Source: Antedon mediterranea | Lineage: Eukaryota > Animalia > Echinodermata | NCBI RefSeq assembly: GCF_964355755.1 | Contig: NC_092678.1 | Location: 4,046,422-4,110,421 of the forward strand | Direction of reading: 5' to 3' | DNA length: 64,000 bases | Shown: positions 1-11,300 of the stretch, in pieces | Position numbering within the stretch: the stretch's first letter is position 1 | Layout of the letters: each line of letters starts with the position of its first letter | The notes under the pieces: model-generated | The model's database searches: none | The model's input: only the letters and a program-made list of their open reading frames with translations | What the model was told of the DNA's origin: nothing | Position numbers and translations under genes: made by a program

Positions 1-215
1 TTTGCCTTTTTGACAAGCGGAATATTAATTTGTAAATCAGGTGGTTTGTTAACCATGCCAGGCAGTAATGTCTCCCATAACACATGGTAATTACGTGATA
101 CAGGGTTGTGTAAAAAGCAAAATGCTGATATTTATAATCTTCGAATGACCATGCTAGAATGTATATTGTTCAGATATTAATCCATTGCTCTTAGGTTAGG
201 TACTGTGTAACACAT

Positions 216-290
216 AATTCAATTCAACTTTATTTAACCACAGAGGTCTTGAGCAACACATGGTTGTTCTTCCCAGGGACCGTGCACATA
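216..290 (-). mobile_element. 3' tail of an L2/CR1-like LINE or LINE-tailed SINE
   Basis: Minus strand: stem-loop CACGGTCCC...GACCTCTGTG, then TTAAATAAAG and a TTGAA short-repeat tail; resembles L2/CR1 3' ends. Confidence 0.45.
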
Positions 291-2185
291 CAAAACACAA
301 TTTTAACAATATTTTATACGGTATGTAATTTGTAAATACAGTATATAAATACACTATATATTTTAATGTTTTAATGAAGTTTCAATGCATAATTTCGCCA
401 GTGTAGCATAGCAAAAACCTATACAAAACAACCTCAAATACAATACAGACTCAATCTCAACTTAAAAATCAGTTTGATTAGCAATATTGCTAAACAAAAT
501 TTTAAAATAAAATTTTTCCCTAAGTTTGTAGGGACGAGTGAATGTCAACACGAAGATGTGGCAGCTATTGCCCCAAATATATCAGATAAAGGGATTTTAT
601 ACGCTTTGTTTTTTATGCTACAAACTAGTTGCAAAAGCTTTAGAAATTCCTGAAATATTTTACAGTGTTTGTCCTTTTTAGCCTCAATCACTTGACTTGG
701 TTTATTCACCCATTAAAGTAAATGTCCTCAATACTATAAAATAAAAAAAAATAGTTACAATACTTTATCTTGACTCTCATTTGTTAAAACGGAACTTCTT
801 TGCGTTTGTGTGTGCGCTCATCTGTCAAATATCTTAACTATCAATTTTTTTCTGTCCGCCTCATTAATTTAACCTTTGGATATCGTGCAAAAATAAAATA
901 ACATTTTTAATTGGATGTTATTACCTCAATATAATTATTTGTAGATATGGATGATGGAAGAGTACTGTAGTTTTTTTTTCTGTCATACTGTAGTTGTGCA
1001 ATTATTAAAAAGATTTGAAAAAGTAGTTGAGAAACACATTTTTGCAATAAATCAGTCAAAACCTTAGCCAAATATAGTGAAGTCATAGATATATTTGTCT
1101 TTTACATATTAATACCAGAAGTTTTTACGCACCACATTTTCATGTATTGAAAGATGATAAGGAAAAACTTGTTTTCGACCAAAACTGTGATTGATTAGCC
1201 AAGTGGCCCTTTAGTGTTGTTCGGCCTTCTTTATGGTTGAAGATCTAACAATACATCTAATGATAATAATTTTTAATCAGATGCTTTTTATACCAGCAAG
1301 TTTTATTGAAATGATCTGACTACAGAACATCTGAGAAATTTGATTAATATGCTAATATACTGTAGATCATAAATTATTATAGTTTGATCCTATATACAAA
1401 GAAATCATAAAAACTGTATGTTTTGAAATTTAGATTTAAAAAAATGGTTTACCTCTCTTTAATGAGAGACCACTTCTGGAGCGTTCTGGCTTTTTTTGGA
1501 AACAATGAGCTAGCAAATAAAATCAAATAATTATTACAGTATATTCATCAGATGTGATCTCTAAATTTCATGAGATAGAATTAGAGGATAGAGGACAAAT
1601 TAAAATACACTATAAGTTAAATGATTAACTCAAAATTAAGTCTGAGAAAAATCAAACGATGTAATTGCAGTATTTACTGTGCTACGAAAAAACAAATTTG
1701 TTACACAAGTATTTTCATGAAAACCGGTAACTATTAATCTACAAATTTTTTTGAATTTTATACAAAAACATTGTTATTAGTGTGACGATTGATTGGTTGT
1801 CATTTTAAACAGGACAGGATAAAATAAGTTGTTATTATTGTTATTCTGCTGTGATGTACTGTATTTTCTCTGAGGCCTGCCCACCCTTTAAAATGACTGA
1901 AAAAAAAGTAAATTACAACAATATGGGTTGGTCTTCACTTAACACTTTTCATTTACATAATTATTATTATTATTTATACATGTTAATCCTATTGTAATTT
2001 GAATATGCGTTATTTATGTATAATCTGGTTATATAATGTAATCTGCATATTGTAATTTTCAATTAATATTTTAAGAATTAAATTCTAGATAGCATTATAT
2101 TTTATTCAAAATCATCTACCAATTTGCTGTGTGTATGAAATAGACCAATATATTTCTATTACGCACAAAATATTTTTATTTTTAG

Positions 2186-2375
2186 GTGAAGTCAGGATTT
2201 CTAAATGAAGAAGATCAGAAGACCGTAGCAAGGAGTATACGTGAAAGGCTAGCACAAGTAAAAAAGACGCATGAGAAGAAAGACAAAGAAAAACAAGAGA
2301 AGGAACGACTGGAGAAAGAAAAACAAGATCGACAGGAGAGAGACCGTATAGAAAAACACGAACGAGATGCTGATG
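2186..2375 (+). CDS. WNK: WNK exon: end of CCT1/PF2 domain and coiled coil
   Basis: tttag|GTG...GATG|gtatgc, phase 0 to 1; VKSGFLNEEDQKTVARSIRERLAQVKK. Confidence 0.9.
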
Positions 2376-5300
2376 GTATGCATAATTATTTTCTTTCGTT
2401 ATTTTGTTATTTTTCATTTTTTCGCCGTAAAGCTCTCCATAGTCAATTTGACTGAAAAGTTAATCGTCTTTTTCAGTTGCATACCATTTATTTATTAACT
2501 GAACTGTGGCATTACTTTCCATAATAGACTAAGGAATAAGAATGATTCACCAACTTGCTTGAGTCATCACTATTAGAGCATTGTTAATTTACAGGCTATT
2601 GTCGCATACCACTAAAACAGTTATCATAACCACTAAATTCTTATGGTGTTAATAAATCAAGAACATAGCCTGCAAAAATTAGCATTGCGTTCCATACCCT
2701 TTTTTCAAACCAAAATTGTTTGCAGTCTCTTAAATGTTTCTGGCTATTTTGCACCATAACATTTTACAGGGCTTATATAACATACCAAGAGTTGATGAGT
2801 GTAACACTAGCTTTTAATATTGTCAGAATGTTGTTGCTCTTAGTAGAAGTACTTTAGAATTTTATTTATTTTAACAGACCATAATTGGTGATGTTCGGTA
2901 TTGGTAGTGTAAGGAAGGAAAAAAAAGCTTGACGAATCTGTTAACTAGAATCAAGATTTTAACTTAACTTTTAACAACATAAATTTGCTACCTAAATGCT
3001 TAATCTCCAATAACGCTGAACAGAAACAAATTTATGTACCTTAGAATTCCAAGATTATAATGTTGTTTACAGATTGAATCACCTGCCGTCAAGGCATATG
3101 ACAACAAGCTATTGCATAATGCACACTACCATGAATATGAATTCTATACACTGCACATGACATATGGCAGTGAAATTCGAATTAAAGCTTTGCTAATTAT
3201 TAAACACAATTGCAGCCTAGGGAAACAAGCGTTTGTTTATAATACCCGACCTAATATTAATAAGATTTGAATTATTACACAGTAGCACCTCGCCTCATTG
3301 AATGTACTGTGCAAGCCTTCGAGGACACTTACCGACATCGATTTGAACATTGATGATAAAACTAATTAGAAGCCGATAGTAGCTTAAAGAAATGATTATG
3401 TTCAAAAGACCCGGCCTAATAATGATCCCAAATGGAAGTGCTAGAAGCCTCAGAATGTACTTTTGCAGAAATAAAATGTACCTAATGATTATTATAATGA
3501 ATAATGATGTCTTATTCTAAAATAAAACTAATTGTGTAGGTTTTTAAAATAGAATTGTTTTATTTATAGAATTCAGCCAATAACTTGTTTTTATCTCTCT
3601 AATAATATATTTACATAGTCTTATTTATTAAAGTGGGGTTAAATTTAGTTTCAAATCGAATTCATGTGTAAACAAAATTTAAAATTAATTTTATTGAAAG
3701 AAAAAAAAATAAGTTAACCTTATTATCATAATTTCTGTCTTGTTTGATGAGAATTACTAGGTAATTACCAATTAGTTTTTGTAAAATTGCTTTTTCATAT
3801 TTTAATAGGATGTCCTTGGTAGTAATTACTATAAAAATACTAATGACTGTACATGTAAAAAAAAACAATCATATATATTAATTCTACAGTTGAATAATTT
3901 AAAATCAGACATACAGAAAACTGGACACTTTGGACCAGCTGAGGGTGTTTAGTTTTTAGAAAGTTGACCGTTGGGCATAGTTCATATTTCTCGGTCTTGG
4001 TTGAAAATTAATTGACCGTCCAAGAAAAGTTTTGGTCAAAGAAATTGTAAAGGAAACTTGCAAGATTATATGATTACAGACAATAGAAAGTGTTAATTGA
4101 ATTTGTACAATTCATTACAAAAATCAGGATAAACTATAAATATATAATTATCGGCTTAGTTCAATGGCACATTTATTATGGTAATAATATGATTGATTAT
4201 CATCAAGTCAAGCTGAACATATTTTTATTGCAGTACATGAAATTAAACAACATTAATTCTATAAAAAAAAATTAAAAACTTAAATTTTTCTTTGACAAGT
4301 TTATGATATTTCTCAATTAAAAGTATTAAACTATACATTTAACGGATTAGTTTAAAAAAGGCATATTTATATAATAGTACATTACTATTTTGAAGTCAAA
4401 CTTCAATATTTCATTGCAAGTGGATTGGATTATATGTGAAATTGTTAGCAAAAATGATTATATTAAATTTGTTAAGACTTCATTTTTTTGTTCCATAAAC
4501 AAAACAAACAAAAAATCATTTAGTAATGACGGAAAACTAATTTTCATCTTTTGGATACCGTTAAGTACAACTAATTTTCATCATTTGGATACCGATAAGT
4601 ACATATATATTTTTTGAATTTAATAAAGAGTTATTAATAGAAATAATATTCCACCTCATTAAATAACAACCAAGGATTTCAAAACTTAATATTATATTTT
4701 AACTAAGTTTGTTGATGAGTTAATAACAATATGTTGTATGCGTGACAGGAAATCGCGTTGAGTAAATCCAGAATCATGAATATTCACAGTTTGTTAAGTG
4801 TCATATTTTGTAATAAGATAATACTGTAAGTGTAAATTTTAAGGTCGTATGTCCAGACACGTGATAGAATATTTAAAGGGATTTAAAGATTTGGAAATGG
4901 TTTGTCTACCCCCATTTTAAACGTGTCATTTCCATTCGCATCCGTAGAGTTTTGTCGGGGTACTTATCAACCATCTTTTTGTTAAATATTTTCGGATGGA
5001 CCCCTTTCTTCACCCAGAATATTGTAGACGCGTTATTATAAATAATCTCTATTTTTTAGCCAGAGATGTAATTTTTAACTGTACTGCAGATGAATATTGG
5101 AATATTATATATTGACAAACCTATTAGATTGTAATTACTTAGAATGTTAAGAATTTACTGCTTAACTGTCAATTTAAAGACATGATAAAACTTGAAATTG
5201 AAGATCAAGATATTTGACCCAACCAGGATTGTTAACCTATGACCTTTGTTATGCATAACATTAAATAATGACCTTATATAGATTCACAGTAATATAACCA

Positions 5301-8300
5301 ATATTTTATGTGTATTTTGCAGCTGAATCAACTGCTACCTCTGATAGTGGTATGGGAGGGTCAGTGGATCACTCCAGCAAAGGCCATTCATCATCACAGT
5401 CGTTTGTGCCAAACACGTGTCAACGGTCCGGCTCTCAACAATTTGCAAACCAGCCCTACCAACAAAACGCGTCGCAGACTATACCACAGGTAATACAATT
5501 TGGCAGAAGTAAAATACATTGGGTTTTAATATTAATTATTGACAATACTTTATCAAAAAAAATAGTGAAAATGATTAACAAATTAAGAAAAATGTATTGT
5601 AAAAAGGCGAGTTTCAAGATGTGTTTTTCTTTCAGCTTATGAATATCTATGAAATTATTCTGAAATGAACTGAATTTAAAATAGATTATGATGAAACTGA
5701 ATTGCATAAAAATGTTATCAGAATATTCTAAAAACAGATTCTGTCTGCTGACCAGATTGATCGGCGATGCTCCATGGTAACAGCTGCCCTCAAGGGTCTC
5801 AACTGTGTTTCCTTGATTGATTTTCAACATTGTATCATAATACATTTACATAGCATTATTGAGTCATTGAGAAAAGCACCATTTGACATGCATAAATCAG
5901 GGACTATTGTAGTATGCTATGTATTTAAACACACTATGTGCTAGCCTGCCTACTTCTACCGAGCTAGGCTAGTTAAAATTAGCATAAGATCTCACAATAT
6001 CTGGAGCTAACATGTATTCTAACTTTATGGTGCAAGCCAAGTGGCACTTTGGTTAGTAAAATATATTTTGCGAACTAGTCCATTGGGGCAGGTCATCTAG
6101 CCATGTAATTGTGAACTTTGAGCAATGTATTCTGATATATCATATAACAAATTCACATTTGTAGTGTCTAACTAACAGACAAATATATATTTAAAATAAC
6201 TTTGTGAACATGTGTTCATATTGGTCAACTACTAATAATAGTACTGGTGACACTCGCATAAAGGAAGGCCATTGATTGATAGATTTGATGAATGAAGTAA
6301 TAGCTCATAGTGCAGCATTGATTGTATAGTTGGCCTAGCTTATTTTAGTATATAGAATATACAGTATAATCAATAGAAAAAAAAATCTACTGTTACAGGA
6401 GGCAAAAGAATTATCATGAAATTAGTACAGATCTTGTGAGAATATTCCTCTAGGGTATGTGTATGTAAAATGTGAAAGGAAAATGATATCTCTGATCTTT
6501 AATCTTTAATTTAAAATGTGTTACTAGCCTAGATTTAGCTCTCCTTGTGTTCATTTAACATACAAGTTATTTTTTGCAATTTCATATGTAAAGAAACCTA
6601 ATCATCTTTCTGATGATGTCATCTCATAAACATATTGATAAACTTTGCCACGGTAAAATATAAGCAATATCCAGCCTTAAATATTGATATATTTGTCGGT
6701 TAGTTCGTATCGTGTGTTGCTAGGGGCTAAAATTATTGATCCATGGTCTGAATTGAATTTACCATATTTAATCATTTGCTACCAACATATTCAAGACAAG
6801 TTTATGCATTGAATAGTAATTATTGAAGCCATGTTAATTTATGCTGTGTAAATTATTAATATATAAAGCATTACATAAAATGATACACAACTTTTGAACT
6901 TTTTATTTAAACTTTTGCATTATCAATATCATCCAAAAAAATTTTTCATTGATATCTATTATTTTCAGATAACCCTTTTTGCATTATAAAGATTAATTAA
7001 AACGACAAAGACGGCTTATAGTTTAGTTTCAATATTCATATACACTAACAACATTGTTTTTGTTTCCTCTTTTCTAGTTTAATTTGTTTGGCAACTACTA
7101 GTAAACAAGTGCTGAATCAAGAACAGCAAACGTTCTGGCTACAACAAACACATACCTTAAAACAGCTACCTTTTCTTTTAGCAAACCACGCAAGCTCAGT
7201 CAGGCAACTACCCACCAAGTGACCAAGTGCAATATGCAGAACAGAACCAACAGTTTCAACAGCAGCAACAGACACAACAGTTTCAGCAGAAACAGTTCCA
7301 ACAACAGCAGCAACAGACACAGCAGTTCCAACAGCAACAAACACAACAATTCCAGCAACAGCAGACGCAGCAATTTCAGCAACAACAGCAACAAACACAA
7401 CAGTTTCAGCAACAGCAACAAACACAACAATTTCAGCAACAACAGACACAGCAGTTTCAGCAACAGCCACAGCAGTTTCAATTTACAAATCAACAGTTTC
7501 AACAGGTATTGAAAAATATTCATATTATTGAATTTATTCCATTTCTTTTTCAGAAAGTTTAATTTTGTTTTTATTTTTGATTTCTTCAGCCTTATAACTT
7601 TACATTTTAAAAATTAGAATGTTAGTACATGATATATTACAATACTTAAAAGCTAAAAAGTAGAGAACCAACACCAGTATATTTCATCTTATCAACTATC
7701 AACTTTCCCACTGTGTCTGGCTTTCAATGTTTATATTACATTTCTTCAAACGCCATAGCCTACAGTTCTGATTGCGTAACACAGCAATGTATACTGTGTA
7801 CCACAGGACACTCGCACTGTTAACTGGGGTAGCTAGGTTATGGTATTGATATTGTTGGTGGTCTTGACACATGATGACATCATACCACCAATAGGTCACA
7901 TATTATGATTTCATCATAAAGTGACAATCAGCTATTTTTGATAATGCTTTTTTTGGTGAATGATATTAACTGGTATTTTATTGGTCACATATTATTAGAA
8001 TAGAAGTCATGAGGTTGTTTGTTTGTGATGTCATCATGCCATGAGGTCACTAGTTACAGAATATTTATTAGATCCAACTGGACATAATTTCATAGTTTTT
8101 AATATATTTTCTGTTATTCTTGACAACTCATTATATGCTTATTATTGTTATAAACATTCTTAATGTATCATTCCAATTCATTTCCATACCTGACTTGCCC
8201 AATAGGACATTAATGATGCACTAATACAAATTAATGTACAGCTGGTATCTGCCCTCCTGGTTGTTAATTAGCAACAAGATGGTCTAATGGCTAATATTTT

Positions 8301-11300
8301 ATTGGCACTATAATAGAATAGTAGATTTCAATGTGCTTGCTTCACCTGAAGTTAATTGATTTGTAGATTAAAATTAAAGTTTAAAGTCTCAACAATATAG
8401 AACCTTTATATAGGAGGTTGCTCAAACCCATACAGATTATATAATAATTAATATAGTATATATAGTTTTATACAGCACCTTAATAGAATTTCTATAATAC
8501 CAGGACAGTACCACCAATACCTAATTGATTATCCAGCTTTTGGATTGAATAAACAGTTTTATCCAAAGTGTACACATTTTTGGAAAATGTTAATATTATT
8601 TTTAACAGGATTTTGAAGAAGATATGTAACAAATAGGATGCGTATTTTGAAACTGGTTGAATAATTTTACCCTTGCCCCTTTAGCATGCAAGAGATGTTC
8701 ATTGTCAGCTGCCTCTTAAAATGACCCAGGAAATGTCTACCTCTGACTCACCATCACTCAAAGAAAAAAAAAATGATGTGCCAGTCATCAAAGAATATAT
8801 CAATAAGCTTACCTACATACATGTCATTAGACAATTGGAACGAAAGGAGTTTTTAATTGAACAAAGGTCAAAGTTTGTTTTCGTTTGTGTATATACCTGA
8901 TTAAAACTATTTTCATCTCAGTGTTCTGCGATTTATAGTAGCATCAGATTTAATTAAAAACTCATTAAAAAGCTATTGATCGAGTTATCAAAATCTAAAC
9001 TACTTTTCTTTATTTTTACAAATTTGTACATGAATTGTAACAAACATTTAAAAAAGCAGTTTATAATTATAATTAATATATAATAGCTCCAACATACTGG
9101 AATCTTAAAAAAAAAGAAGTATTTTTACCCTTAATAAAAACAGGGTCAATTTGTCAGACAGGAAATGACACAGGTTCAGACTTATTTTACTTGTCATTTG
9201 GGTTTGTTAAATAATGATATACCATTCTCCGTAAAAATTTACCAACTTAACCAGTTTGGGACAGGTTCATTGTCGTTTTGGATGTTTTAATTATTTAAAA
9301 AGAGACAATAACAATCGTACATTGTGTCTATACTTGTTTTGGAATAAAGGTCTTAACTTGTCTAGCTAGTTTATGGGATAAAAACCTCAAAATCACCACA
9401 GGCCAGACAGATGACATACATTATATTGCAAACACTGATCCCTCCAACACTTTTCCCAGTGTATGTTATTCAATCACCAACATGTACTTTAATACTATAC
9501 CTTGCAACTCTTTCCCCTTCCCATTGTATGTTAGTTTTTCACACTACGTTCACCCACCCAAGTGCAAATATATTTATAGTGGTTTGTCATAGGCCTACAC
9601 CACTTTGTGTATAACATAAAGAAGTAACATAGGAAATAGCACATTAGTACAAAGGCACATACTAATGAGTCATACATTCTGGTGCACATTAATTACCCTA
9701 GTGTTACATGTGTGTTAGTATCCCAGCATTCAATAGATTCATTTGTTAAGCCTATATATTCATGAACATTAAGAAATGTAGATGATCTTAAAGAAAATAT
9801 AGGGTTAGGAAATAATTTGTAAAAATTAGAGCAATGAAAAATTCTGGTTGTTTTGAATTATTTTAATTGTGCCATTATCACAAACTTTAAGCCTCTGTAA
9901 ATGCCATGTCAATTTTAAGTAAGATTTTATTGAGGTTATAAACCCATTTTCTTAGATCAGTATAATGCAAATTGCTGTAGTTTAGCTTGACCTAAGATGG
10001 TCACATGGAGTGAAAGATAGATTGACCTTGCATCAAACGATCCAGAAAATTAAACAAATTAAATTTTAATTTTGTGGAAATTGTAATAACATTCTATGAG
10101 TGCTTAAAACATCTGATAATTTGTTTTTCATTTTCATTTTAGACAGACCAACATACTGTGCAGTGCGATATATTACATTATAGCTTAGTTAACTTAGAAA
10201 GTTATTGATTTGTTTTTTTTTTCTATGGAGATTTCTTGCTATGAATTCTTTTTCTTGTATTCACTGTATTCTTCCTATGTATTTTTAGAGCATTTACCAG
10301 CCTGAGGTCCTAGGCTTGAGGTCACCGTCACCAGGAGTATCGCCTCTACATATGCACCCACGATTTCCAACATTCAAGGCATGTGTAAAATTAACCCTTG
10401 ACCCAAAACATAATGTTGTATTTGAACTGTAATTTTATGGTACTAACATTTTTCTTTGACAAATTTATCAGAAATGTTTCTAGTTATACTAATTTTTTTT
10501 CTAAAGCTATGTCTACACTATCAAACTTTATGTGTCAAAAAAATGTGATGTGCCCATATATGGACATGATGATGTCATATCACTACCATATTTAAGCATA
10601 GCACTACCATATATAGGCACATCAAACTTTAATTATTATGTATATATGATTATACTTTTCTTTAGTACACTTTCTGTATTTGTTCAAATTGTTGGCGATG
10701 TCTGTTGTCACATGGTGTTATGACATCATCATCTAAGTGTAAACAATAGCAATTATCACTACAACAATACATTTATGATGTCATTAACACAAGCTGTTGT
10801 TTGATGGCCTTAATATCTCTGACAAGCCTACTTCTACAACAACAGCTTGTAGACAAAATAACAATCACCAACCTGCTATTTATACTATAGTGGATTGTTT
10901 ACACCAGATTTTGCTATCACTTATTATAGCATGATAAATTAATCTTATTATGTCACAAAAGCATGTATACACTTTCTTAAAAATCATATTTATTTTAAAA
11001 CTAAACAATTAGGCTAACTAGCTTGAGATTTGCCATCACTTGTTGTCTAGTAAATGTAGGTTAAAAATGAGAACAGAGGAACAAAGTTAGGTGATATTAA
11101 TAACCTAGCATTGATAGGAACTTCACATTATTGCATTTGTTGTCCACCTCTTGCTCTCTAGAATGTATGTATACATACTATTAAAAAGCCCAATCACTGT
11201 GATCTCATAGAAGAACATTAGTTACATTCCTAATTTTTCTCTTTTTAATCTCAATAAATTAAAAAAGCTTTAAATCACAGTTGAATAAGTAAATGTGAGC

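Noticed and set aside
7117-7523. Minus-strand Leu- or Val/Ala-rich ORFs and the Asn/Ser-rich + frame
   Set aside because: Shadow frames of the poly-Q exon.
8333-8343. gtgcttgcttc resembling the U6 5' end
   Set aside because: Only 11 nt match; the rest of U6 is absent.
10143-10163. TDQH microexon resembling the WNK ADQH degron
   Set aside because: Good acceptor but weak donor, and the wrong position relative to the DSG motif.
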